Positions 50,312-59,327 of a stretch of 64,000 nucleotides of DNA are shown here, in pieces. The notes beneath the pieces are model-generated. The model was not told where the DNA came from. It searched no databases and saw only the letters and a program-made list of their open reading frames with translations. Each line of letters begins with the position of its first letter. Position 1 is the stretch's first letter. The stretch comes from an uncultured Alphaproteobacteria bacterium (lineage in GTDB: Bacteria > Pseudomonadota > Alphaproteobacteria > HIMB59 > GCA-002718135), in the NCBI GenBank assembly GCA_902589095.1, contig CACIRR010000001.1, forward strand, positions 17,627 to 81,626, read 5' to 3'. Both the position numbers and the translations under genes were made by a program.

Positions 50312-51252
50312 AAGATAAAAAAATTGGCTTTATTGGCCTAGGAAATGTTGGTAGTAAAATTGCTTATAATATTCTGAAAAACAAAAATTATAGCTTATTT
50401 ATTTTTGATTTAAATAAGAAGACTTCAAAAAAATTAGTATCTGAAGGTGCCATTTTATGTAACTCTATTGAGGAATTAATAAATAATGTAACAGTTTTTA
50501 TTACATGCTTACCATCCCCCAGTTCTGTAAAAAATGTTTTACTGAAAACCATTCCTCTTATAAATAAATCTCACCTATGGATAGAAATGAGCACAACTGA
50601 TGAAGAAGATATGAGAGTTTTATCTAATTTAGTAATTAAAAAAAACGCTTCAGTTCTTGAAGCGCCTATAACAGGAGGTCAACACAGAGCAGAAAGTGGC
50701 AATATATCTATATTAGTTGCTGGTAGAAAAAAAACGTTTCAAAGAGCATTTCCAGTTTTAAGCTGTGTTGGTCATCAAATTTTACATTGTGGTAAAATTG
50801 GTAATGCTTCAACACTTAAAGTGGTAACAAATTATTTAGCATCAATAAATCTTTTGGCAATAGGAGAGGCGCTAATGGTTTGTAAAAAATATGGGTTGGA
50901 TCTTAAAACAGCTTACAATGGAATAAAAATAAGTTCTGGTAATAGTTTTGTTCATGAAACAGAGAGTCAAGTTATTTTAAATGGTTCATACGATGTTGGA
51001 TTTACAATGGATTTGGTTTGTAAAGATGTTGGGCTTTTTGATAAATTGACAAAAAAATTTAATATTCCAGCAAAAATTAGCAATCTTATGTTAAAAATTT
51101 TTAAAAATGGACAGAGAAAATTAGGAAAGAGATCTTTAAGTACCAGTATTGTTAAACTTCTCGAAACTGATTGTGATGAAAATTTGCGATCTAAGGGTTT
51201 TCCATCAACTTTAGTTGATTTAAATAAAAAGAAAAAAGGTATAGAGATTTAG
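50308..51252 (+). CDS. NAD(P)-dependent beta-hydroxyacid dehydrogenase (3-hydroxyisobutyrate dehydrogenase family)
   Basis: The N-terminal Rossmann motif IGFIGLGNVGSKIA and overall length and layout fit the HIBADH family. Confidence 0.78.
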   Translation: MKDKKIGFIGLGNVGSKIAYNILKNKNYSLFIFDLNKKTSKKLVSEGAILCNSIEELINNVTVFITCLPSPSSVKNVLLKTIPLINKSHLWIEMSTTDEEDMRVLSNLVIKKNASVLEAPITGGQHRAESGNISILVAGRKKTFQRAFPVLSCVGHQILHCGKIGNASTLKVVTNYLASINLLAIGEALMVCKKYGLDLKTAYNGIKISSGNSFVHETESQVILNGSYDVGFTMDLVCKDVGLFDKLTKKFNIPAKISNLMLKIFKNGQRKLGKRSLSTSIVKLLETDCDENLRSKGFPSTLVDLNKKKKGIEI

Positions 51253-51256
51253 AATT

Positions 51257-52183
51257 ATGAAGAAAGATTTTAGCCCCACAGTTTATAAATACAAAGACTC
51301 CGTAATGGAACATGTTGAAAACTCAGATTTATTTAACAGTTATCTTAAAACTAACATTTTTACACAAGTTTACGATGGCACATTATGGGCAGAAGGCCCA
51401 TGTTATATTCCGCATAAAGATATGCTAGTGTGGAGTGATAATCCTAATAATAGAATGATGAAATTAGTTGATGGTCAAGTTTCAGAATTCAGAAATCCCT
51501 CAAATTTTTGCAATGGAAATACAATTGACAATGAAGAAAATTTAATATCGTGTTCACATGGGGGGCGTTGTGTCTATAAAACTGATGATAATATCAATGT
51601 ATCTGTAGTAGTAGATAGGTTTGAAGGAAAAAAATTTAATTCTCCTAATGATATATGCGTTAAGTCAGATAATACAATTTGGTTCACAGATCCACCATAT
51701 GGTATCTTATCTGATTACGAAGGGTATAAAGGGGAGCAAGAATATGAAGGATGTTATGTATTTAGATTTAATCCTCATACACAAAAATTAGATGTTATGA
51801 CTAAAAATCTTGATAGACCAAATGGAATAGCATTTTCCCATGACGAAAAGAAATTATACATCGCTGATACAGGTGAAAATGTAAAATGTCTTTATGTGTT
51901 TGATGTTTTGAACGATGAAATAATAAATCAAAAATTAGTTTATGACTTCAAGCCTTTCTTTTCTGATGGTTTTAGATCTGATAAGGATGGTAATATTTGG
52001 ACAAGTGCAGGTAAAGCTGTGAAATGTTTTAATCCAAATAATGAATTGATTGGGCAAATTTTAGTGCCTGAATTGGTATCTAATTTAGAGTTTGGAGGCA
52101 AAGAAGGAAATATTTTATATGTTACGGCTACAAGCTCTCTTTATGAAATGGAACTTAACCAAATAGGAGCTAAATTTAAATGA
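51257..52183 (+). CDS. SMP-30/gluconolactonase/LRE family protein
   Basis: 308 aa with WAEGPCY, NSPNDI, DPPYG and RPNGIAFS segments typical of the six-bladed lactonase family. Confidence 0.8.
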   Translation: MKKDFSPTVYKYKDSVMEHVENSDLFNSYLKTNIFTQVYDGTLWAEGPCYIPHKDMLVWSDNPNNRMMKLVDGQVSEFRNPSNFCNGNTIDNEENLISCSHGGRCVYKTDDNINVSVVVDRFEGKKFNSPNDICVKSDNTIWFTDPPYGILSDYEGYKGEQEYEGCYVFRFNPHTQKLDVMTKNLDRPNGIAFSHDEKKLYIADTGENVKCLYVFDVLNDEIINQKLVYDFKPFFSDGFRSDKDGNIWTSAGKAVKCFNPNNELIGQILVPELVSNLEFGGKEGNILYVTATSSLYEMELNQIGAKFK

Positions 52184-52512
52184 CTATGGAACTAAAAAAT
52201 CAAAAATGCCAAGCTTGTTCTGGAAATACACCAAAATTTGATGAAAAACAAATTAGTGATAATTTATCCAAACTAAATAGTTGGTCAGTTAATGATGAGC
52301 AAAAAATGATTTATAAAAAATTTAATTTTAAAACTTTTAAACAAGCTCTCAATTTTACAAATAAAGTTGGTGAAATTGCTGATTTAGAGGGACATCATCC
52401 TGATATTTCACTAGGCTGGGGGTATTCATTAGTTATGCTTCACACACATGCAATTCAAGGTTTATCTATCAATGATTTTATCATTGCAGCTAAAATTGAT
52501 GAAATAACTTAA
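52180..52512 (+). CDS. phhB: Pterin-4-alpha-carbinolamine dehydratase
   Basis: 110 aa with the GHHPD catalytic motif (LEGHHPDISLGW). Confidence 0.9.
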   Translation: MTMELKNQKCQACSGNTPKFDEKQISDNLSKLNSWSVNDEQKMIYKKFNFKTFKQALNFTNKVGEIADLEGHHPDISLGWGYSLVMLHTHAIQGLSINDFIIAAKIDEIT

Positions 52513-53018
52513 TAATAGATCGTAAACAATTGAAATATATAGCTTAATAAAAAATATATAAACCAATAAACAAACCAGTACCAAAAAACAAAATGAGCTA
52601 TTAAGTTCTGAACTAGTAAATTGGTTCTTTGATCACTTTTAGATGCAAAAAAACCTAAATTATATGCAAATGGCATCAAAAAACACCAGCCACCTAAAAC
52701 AGTACTAAAGCCAAAAATATAAGCTAATAATATAGACGGATAGTCAAATAGTAAGAAGTTAAGAATTACAAAAACTATTCCATATATTATTCCTATTAAA
52801 TAATGAAAAAAATATCCCCATAATAATTCATTTTCTAATTCCACATCATCAATAAGGTTTTTTCTAATAAATTTATTTTCTTTGTATCCTAAAAAATACC
52901 GCCCTAATAAATTCCATTTTGGTTTTTCGATATCATAAGCATATTTTAGAGATGATTGATATAAATCAAAAATAATTGTAGCAAATAATCCTGATATTAT
53001 GCCTTGAAGAAAAATCAT
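52509..53018 (-). CDS. Hypothetical membrane protein (possibly DUF2938-like)
   Basis: 169 aa, 4-5 TM. It starts 1 nt after the pxpA stop, so it is probably co-transcribed. The family assignment is from memory only. Confidence 0.4.
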   Translation of the reverse strand: MIFLQGIISGLFATIIFDLYQSSLKYAYDIEKPKWNLLGRYFLGYKENKFIRKNLIDDVELENELLWGYFFHYLIGIIYGIVFVILNFLLFDYPSILLAYIFGFSTVLGGWCFLMPFAYNLGFFASKSDQRTNLLVQNLIAHFVFWYWFVYWFIYFLLSYIFQLFTIYY

Positions 53019-53792
53019 TTATTTGAATTTTGATAACATATTTAAGGGTTTAAAGATCACACCTCTATCTGTTAATCCTTTTTTAATCATTTTTGCAATT
53101 CCAACAGCATTGGGGCCATCACCGTGGACACATATAGTATCAATATCTGTTTTTAGGAATTTACCACTGATAGTTTTAATTCCATTGTTTTCTAGCATTT
53201 GAAAAATATTATTTACTGCAATTTTTGGATCACTAATCATTGAGTTTGATTGTTTTCTATCAATTAACAGACCGGATTCATCATAATTTCTATCTGCAAA
53301 TATCTCACAAACATATCTTAGGTTAATTTTTTCAGCAGCTTTTATCATTTGAGTGCAAGGTAAAACCATAAAAATTAAATCATTATTAAAAGCACTAATC
53401 GATTTAGCAATTTGTATCGAAATATCTAAATTTTCACAAGCCATGTTGTTTAGTGCTCCGTGAGGTTTTACATGAGTGAAATCATAATTTTCTAACTCAG
53501 CAACTTCACTAAAAATTTCAAGTTGCTCTTTTATTAATTTATCCAATTCTTTTAGAGTTAGATTAATTCTTTTTCTTCCAAAATTTAATTTGTCATCAAA
53601 TCCTGGATGAGCACCAATACTGACTCCAAATTTTTTTGCATTAATAATTGTTTCTTGGATAATTTCTTTGCTTCCAGCATGGTAACCACAAGCAATATTT
53701 GCTGTATTAATAATTTTTAGGAGTTCATAATCATTAATACCATCAAATACTTCGGACTTTTCTCCTAAATCACAATTTATATTTAATTCCAT
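53019..53792 (-). CDS. pxpA: 5-oxoprolinase subunit A (LamB/YcsF family)
   Basis: 257 aa with N-terminal LNCDLGE and later ACGYHAG and KPHGALNN motifs. Confidence 0.85.
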   Translation of the reverse strand: MELNINCDLGEKSEVFDGINDYELLKIINTANIACGYHAGSKEIIQETIINAKKFGVSIGAHPGFDDKLNFGRKRINLTLKELDKLIKEQLEIFSEVAELENYDFTHVKPHGALNNMACENLDISIQIAKSISAFNNDLIFMVLPCTQMIKAAEKINLRYVCEIFADRNYDESGLLIDRKQSNSMISDPKIAVNNIFQMLENNGIKTISGKFLKTDIDTICVHGDGPNAVGIAKMIKKGLTDRGVIFKPLNMLSKFK

Positions 53793-53821
53793 TTTGTTTA
53801 ATTAGTTGTAATATATTTGTT

Positions 53822-54487
53822 ATGTTTATCACTTATGAGCAAACTAGTGAACAGTCATATTTATTGGATTATGGTGAAGACATCAATTTTATTACTAATA
53901 AAAAGGTTATTTCTCATTTCAAATATTTATTAAAAAAAAATTATAAATATATTTTGAATGTTGTTCCCTCATTTAATAAATTATTAATTGTATTTGATAT
54001 TGAATTTAAAAAAGATATTGAAATTTTAATTAAAAAATTAAAATCAATCAAAGATTATGATGAGATAGACTCAATTCAACATTTAATTTCCATATGTTAT
54101 GATGAAGAGTATGCATTAGATTATAAAAATGTAGAAAATGCTTTTTCGATGGATTTTGATGAATTTATTAATTTCCATTCATCAACTATTTTTAATGTCT
54201 TTATGATAGGTTTTATGCCTGGTTTGCCTTTCTTAGGCTTATTGAGTGTTAATAAATCATTACCTAGACTAGAAAATCCAAGAATATCAATTCCTGCTGG
54301 TTCTGTTGGAGTTGTAGATAATCTAAGTGTTATTTATCCTAATCAAAGTTCTGGTGGTTGGAATTTGATAGGAAAGACAAGTTTTAATTTATTTAATAAA
54401 CATACAAACAAGCCAACTCTTAATCCAGGAGATAGTGTGAAATTTAAAAGTATTACAAAAAAAGAATTTATTGAAAATGAAGAGTGA
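53822..54487 (+). CDS. pxpB: 5-oxoprolinase subunit B (KipI / allophanate hydrolase subunit 1 family)
   Basis: 221 aa with a cyclophilin-like region FMPGLPFLG...IPAGSVGV...YPNQSSGGWNLIG. Confidence 0.8.
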   Translation: MFITYEQTSEQSYLLDYGEDINFITNKKVISHFKYLLKKNYKYILNVVPSFNKLLIVFDIEFKKDIEILIKKLKSIKDYDEIDSIQHLISICYDEEYALDYKNVENAFSMDFDEFINFHSSTIFNVFMIGFMPGLPFLGLLSVNKSLPRLENPRISIPAGSVGVVDNLSVIYPNQSSGGWNLIGKTSFNLFNKHTNKPTLNPGDSVKFKSITKKEFIENEE

Positions 54488-55436
54488 AACTAAAATAGAA
54501 TTTTTAAGAGCTGGTTTAGTAACTTCCTTACAAGGAGAAAATATCAACAATCTTCAACATCTTGGAATAACTACAAGTGGACCTATGGATTATTTTCTTT
54601 CAAAAATTGGCAATCTAATTATGGAAAATAATGAGGATGATTTGACGTTTGAAATATGTAAATTTGGACCAATAATTAAAGTCATAGAAGGTAGTTTTAT
54701 TTTTTTAATTTCTGGAAATATTAATTTTAAGATTATCAATAATTCTAATAGCCAAAAAGGAGAATGTTTTAAAAGTTACATCTTAAAAAAAGGAGACATA
54801 TTAGAAATAAATCAGACCATAAACAGTAATTATGCCTATTTGATTTTTAAAGGTGAATTAAATGGTAACATATCTTCTGAATACAGAAGTACCATTGTTA
54901 GTTCTTCATTAGGATTAAACGATGGAAAGAAAATTAGTGATTTTGATAAATTTAACATTTTAAACATTTCTTTTTTTAGAAATAGATCACTACCTTTTTC
55001 ACTTATTAATTTTTATGATAATAAAATTAGAGTTGTAAAAGGTCCGCAAATGAATTTTTTTAAAATATCTATAATAAAAAAATTTTTTTCAAAAAAATTC
55101 AAAATATCAAAAAATATTAATAGGGTAGGGATACGCCTTATTGAGAACCCTGTTAAACCAACAATCTCATCAAATATTGACTCTGAAGGCATTATTAAAG
55201 GCTCTATACAAGTGCCAGGAGATGGCAATCCAATAGTTCTAACATCAGAACATCCAACAATTGGTGGATATCCTAAAATAGCTACCATATTAATTGCTGA
55301 TTTATTTAAACTTGTTCAACTTCAAGAGGGATCAGAATTTAACTTTAAAGAAGTAGAAATTAATGTTGGTGAAAATCTACATTTTGATTTTCTTAAGATA
55401 ATTAAGTCCATTCCTAACAAAATTGTTTATTTATAG
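54471..55436 (+). CDS. pxpC: 5-oxoprolinase subunit C (KipA / allophanate hydrolase subunit 2 family)
   Basis: 321 aa with GxxTSLQ, GSIQVPGDGNPIVL and HPTIGGYPKIA motifs. It overlaps pxpB by 17 nt. Confidence 0.8.
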   Translation: MKMKSETKIEFLRAGLVTSLQGENINNLQHLGITTSGPMDYFLSKIGNLIMENNEDDLTFEICKFGPIIKVIEGSFIFLISGNINFKIINNSNSQKGECFKSYILKKGDILEINQTINSNYAYLIFKGELNGNISSEYRSTIVSSSLGLNDGKKISDFDKFNILNISFFRNRSLPFSLINFYDNKIRVVKGPQMNFFKISIIKKFFSKKFKISKNINRVGIRLIENPVKPTISSNIDSEGIIKGSIQVPGDGNPIVLTSEHPTIGGYPKIATILIADLFKLVQLQEGSEFNFKEVEINVGENLHFDFLKIIKSIPNKIVYL

Positions 55437-55463
55437 AAAAAAATCTATAGCAAATTATCTCTA

Positions 55464-56015
55464 ATGAAATACTCAAATTACTTTAAAGAATATAACAAAT
55501 CAATTTATGATTTATTAAATAATTTTGATACATCTTTAATTGATAAGTCAGTTGAATTAATTCTAGATTGCAAAAAAAATAATGGTAAAGTCTATATTGT
55601 AGGAAATGGAGGAAGTTCCTCCGTGGCAAGTCATGTTAGTGTAGATTTTGCTAAAGTAGCAAATGTTCCCTCAGATACTTTTAATAATGCTAATTTAATT
55701 ACATGTTTTGCAAATGATTATGGCCATGATAACTGGGTAAAAGAGGCAATCAAAGCATATACAAACAAAAATGATATTCTAATTTTAATAAGTAGTAGTG
55801 GCACATCAAAAAATATTGTCAATGCAGCACAATATTGCAAGCAAAGTAAAATCCCACTTATTACTCTTAGTGGTTTTGAAGTTGATAATCCTTTATCTGA
55901 ACTTGGCAATATAAATATTCATGTTCCTTCAAATAAATACAACTTTATAGAGATGGCTCATCATATTATTTTAGTTTCAATCGTTGATATTTTTGCTGAA
56001 AAATTATTCAAATAA
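55464..56015 (+). CDS. SIS-domain protein (phosphoheptose isomerase GmhA/DiaA-like)
   Basis: 183 aa with VGNGGSSSVASH and ISSSGTSKN motifs. Confidence 0.8.
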   Translation: MKYSNYFKEYNKSIYDLLNNFDTSLIDKSVELILDCKKNNGKVYIVGNGGSSSVASHVSVDFAKVANVPSDTFNNANLITCFANDYGHDNWVKEAIKAYTNKNDILILISSSGTSKNIVNAAQYCKQSKIPLITLSGFEVDNPLSELGNINIHVPSNKYNFIEMAHHIILVSIVDIFAEKLFK

Positions 56016-56016
56016 A

Positions 56017-57423
56017 TTAGGTTCCACAAAAAGTTTGATGAACTTTTTCATCCTCTGTTGGCCCTTTTTGAAAATCACTGATTATATCATTTGAATAGGG
56101 ATCATTTAAATTTTCTATGAATTTAATCAATAAAGAGTAATTGCCATTTTCAGACTCATTTAATACTTTTTCGACTAAATGATTTCTTGGGATAATTCTT
56201 GGGTTATATTTATATTTTATTTTATCAAATTTTTTATTTATTTTCTTTCTATCTTCAAATTTTGAGATCCAATTTTTCATAAATTCATATTTGCTAATTT
56301 GATCATTATCAATTTCAATAAAAGTATTTGTAAAATCAAGTTTAAATACATGCATTAAGTCCAATAATTCAGTAATAAGTTTTCCATCATTTTCAGTATG
56401 ATTATTAATTTGAAGCTTATTTTTCATCATTTCTAACCAACGTTCATGATATTTCTTTTCAAAAGATTTAAGCACATCTTCAATTTTTTTTATGGCTAAT
56501 GATTGATCTTTATCAATTAGGTGCAATATTGTTTCAGCAAAACGAGCTAAATTCCATAGTGCTATTTTAGGCTGATTATTAAATGCATATCTCCCGTTTT
56601 GATCAATTGAACTGAAAACCTTTTTTGGGTTGTATTCATCTAGAAAAGCACATGGTCCGTAATCAATTGTTTCTCCACTAAGCGCCATATTATCTGTATT
56701 CATAACTCCATGAATAAAACCCACTCTCTGCCATTCAATTATTAAGTTAATTTGGTTTTCAACAATTGTTTTATAGAATTCAAGATACCTGTCTTTATGA
56801 TCGTAAATCTCAGGTTGTAATCTTTTTATTGAATAATTAACTAATGCTTCAATATTATCACTTTCTTCACTCAAAGCTGCTAACTGAAAAGTACCAACTC
56901 TAATATGACTTTTAGCAACTCTCACTAAAATTCCACCTTCTTCAAAACCATTTCTAATTATTTTTTCTCCAGTTTTCAAAACAGCTAATGATCTAGTAGT
57001 TTTAATATTAAGATTATGCATTGCTTCACTTACAATGTACTCTCGAAGCATCGATTTTAATGTGCCTTTACCATCACCATTTCTAGAGTAGGGTGTTTTC
57101 CCAGATCCTTTTAATTGAATATCAAACCTTTTATTTTCTCTATTTATATGTTCACCCAGCAATGTAGCTCTACCGTCTCCTAAAATAGTAAAATGTCCAA
57201 ATTGATGACCTGCATAAGCTTGTGAAAAACAATTATTATTATTATTTGTAATCGATTTTAAAAGCAGATCATTAAATTCACTTTTATTAATACTTAATTT
57301 TTCAACCAATTTTTCGTTTTGAAGAATTATTTTTAAATCATTAAATTTATTTGGTTTAGTTTTAGAAAAAAATATTTGTGGTAATTCTAAATATGAGTTA
57401 TCAAAATTCCATTCTGATAACAT
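56017..57423 (-). CDS. selO: Protein adenylyltransferase SelO (YdiU/UPF0061)
   Basis: 468 aa with YAGHQFGHF, QLKGSGKTPYSR and HGVMNTDNM segments characteristic of SelO. The C-terminus ...QTFCGT carries Cys where eukaryotic SelO has selenocysteine. Confidence 0.9.
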   Translation of the reverse strand: MLSEWNFDNSYLELPQIFFSKTKPNKFNDLKIILQNEKLVEKLSINKSEFNDLLLKSITNNNNNCFSQAYAGHQFGHFTILGDGRATLLGEHINRENKRFDIQLKGSGKTPYSRNGDGKGTLKSMLREYIVSEAMHNLNIKTTRSLAVLKTGEKIIRNGFEEGGILVRVAKSHIRVGTFQLAALSEESDNIEALVNYSIKRLQPEIYDHKDRYLEFYKTIVENQINLIIEWQRVGFIHGVMNTDNMALSGETIDYGPCAFLDEYNPKKVFSSIDQNGRYAFNNQPKIALWNLARFAETILHLIDKDQSLAIKKIEDVLKSFEKKYHERWLEMMKNKLQINNHTENDGKLITELLDLMHVFKLDFTNTFIEIDNDQISKYEFMKNWISKFEDRKKINKKFDKIKYKYNPRIIPRNHLVEKVLNESENGNYSLLIKFIENLNDPYSNDIISDFQKGPTEDEKVHQTFCGT

Positions 57424-57425
57424 TT

Positions 57426-57833
57426 TTATATTTTAATAAATTTTGAACAATAAAAACCTATAAACATAAAAATAACAAAAATAATTGATGGCACTTCTAG
57501 AAGGGCTAAGGAAGAAATTGCAGGACCTGGACACAATCCAACTAAACCCCAACCTGCACCAAATATCAATGATCCAATGATTAATTTTTTATCTATTTCT
57601 TTATTCGTTGGTAAATGAAGTTCTTTTGATAAAATTAAATTTTTATTCTTAGTTAAAACAAATAACATTGGAGCAGTAATAATTATGGCTCCTCCCATAA
57701 CAAAAGCTAAGGAAGGATCCCAATTATTAAATAAATCTAAAAATCCTAAAACTTTATCAGGATTTGTCATGCTTGAAATAGTAAGTCCTAAACCAAATAT
57801 TGAACCACTAATCAAAGCTAGAATGTTTTTCAT
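57426..57833 (-). CDS. Small YeeE/YedE-associated sulfur-transport membrane protein (DUF6691-like half)
   Basis: 135 aa, 4 TM, with motif GAGWGLVGLCPGP. Confidence 0.7.
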   Translation of the reverse strand: MKNILALISGSIFGLGLTISSMTNPDKVLGFLDLFNNWDPSLAFVMGGAIIITAPMLFVLTKNKNLILSKELHLPTNKEIDKKLIIGSLIFGAGWGLVGLCPGPAISSLALLEVPSIIFVIFMFIGFYCSKFIKI

Positions 57834-58267
57834 TAATTTAATCCTAATATATTCATTAAATATACAACTATAACTCCTGAAAAAATAAAGGAAATGGTAG
57901 CTATAATAGATCGTACAGAAAATCTGCTAATTCCACAAACTCCATGACCACTAGTACAGCCCATCCCAATTTGTGTTCCTATTCCAACAAGAAGACCGCC
58001 TATTATTAAGATTAATGTATTATTATTTATTATATATGGGATATCTGAGGAAATAAAAACTTGATAAAATATTGGTCCTGAAATTAGTCCAATTAAAAAA
58101 AGTAAATTAGTTGCTCTATTTGTATTTTTAGTAAGAGCATTATTCGCAATTCCACTTACACCGGCCAGTCTGCCAGTTGAATAAAAGAATAAAACTACAG
58201 CTAATCCAATTACTATTCCGCCTATCAGAGCTGGAATTGGTGTAAAGTTTACAAAATCAATTTTCAT
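57833..58267 (-). CDS. YeeE/YedE family sulfur-transport membrane protein (half-size)
   Basis: 144 aa, 4 TM, with motif GMGCTSGHGVCG. Confidence 0.78.
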   Translation of the reverse strand: MKIDFVNFTPIPALIGGIVIGLAVVLFFYSTGRLAGVSGIANNALTKNTNRATNLLFLIGLISGPIFYQVFISSDIPYIINNNTLILIIGGLLVGIGTQIGMGCTSGHGVCGISRFSVRSIIATISFIFSGVIVVYLMNILGLN

Positions 58268-59280
58268 ATTTGAATTGGCATTTCTTTTTTAATCCATTCC
58301 TTAATGCCTCCAATAAGGTGGTATGAATTAAATATATCATATGATCTAATAACTTGGGTTGCAAGAGTAGATCTTTCACCAATAGCACAAAATAGGAGAA
58401 GATTTTTGTTAAATTTAGAAGAATTATATTTAATAGAGTCTAAGAAATCTTGAAAAGGAATATTTAATGAATTTTTAATTGTTCCAATCTTTTTAATTTC
58501 ATTATTTTCTCTTAAATCGATTAATTGATATTCTGCACTTTTGATTTTATGATTAAATGCATCAACATCAAGACCATTAATTTTCTTCTGTCTTTCAAGA
58601 TTAATTCCTAGTTGTTGATTTGCAGGTACAGCAACATCCATCATTTTAGGATTTGATAGATTTAAATTATTCATTATTTTTACATATTCTTCAGCTGAGT
58701 TAACTTGCAAACGTGGATTAAATTTTTTTTCTTCACCAATTGTGCTTACGGTATTTCCGTTATAATCATGTGCAGGATATAATAGTGTATTTTCAGGTAA
58801 TTTTAGTAATCTCTCAAAAATAGAATTATAGGAATCATAAGGATCTCCATTTTGAAAGTCTGTTCTACCTGTTCCTCTAATTAGTAATGTATCACCCGAA
58901 AAAATTCTATCATTCATCATGAAACTAAATGAATCATCTGTATGACCAGGCGTGTACAAAGATTTTAATTCTAATTTTTCTAATTTGATAACTTCATTGT
59001 CTGCAACTCTCATTGAAACAACATCTGCTTTTGTTGCATCACCCATTATAGTGATACAGTTTGTTCTATCTCTAAGTTCTGCAATTCCAGATATATGATC
59101 AGCGTGTATATGCGTGTCAATTACTTTTACCAACTTCACGTCAAGTTGTTCTAATAATTTTATATAACTATCAACTTTTTCTAATACTGGATCAATTATT
59201 AATGCCTCACCACCAGCTCTTGATCCAATCAAATAAGTATAAGTTGAAGAAACTGAATCAAATAGTTGTCTGAATATCAT
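58264..59280 (-). CDS. Persulfide dioxygenase (ETHE1-like MBL fold) fused to a C-terminal rhodanese domain
   Basis: HxHxDH (THIHADHISG) in the N-terminal MBL domain. The C-terminal rhodanese has an intact active-site loop (FCAIGERS). Confidence 0.85.
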   Translation of the reverse strand: MIFRQLFDSVSSTYTYLIGSRAGGEALIIDPVLEKVDSYIKLLEQLDVKLVKVIDTHIHADHISGIAELRDRTNCITIMGDATKADVVSMRVADNEVIKLEKLELKSLYTPGHTDDSFSFMMNDRIFSGDTLLIRGTGRTDFQNGDPYDSYNSIFERLLKLPENTLLYPAHDYNGNTVSTIGEEKKFNPRLQVNSAEEYVKIMNNLNLSNPKMMDVAVPANQQLGINLERQKKINGLDVDAFNHKIKSAEYQLIDLRENNEIKKIGTIKNSLNIPFQDFLDSIKYNSSKFNKNLLLFCAIGERSTLATQVIRSYDIFNSYHLIGGIKEWIKKEMPIQI

Positions 59281-59327
59281 TTAAATATTAATATAATATA
59301 TTATGTCCTTTAACAATTTGTTATTAA

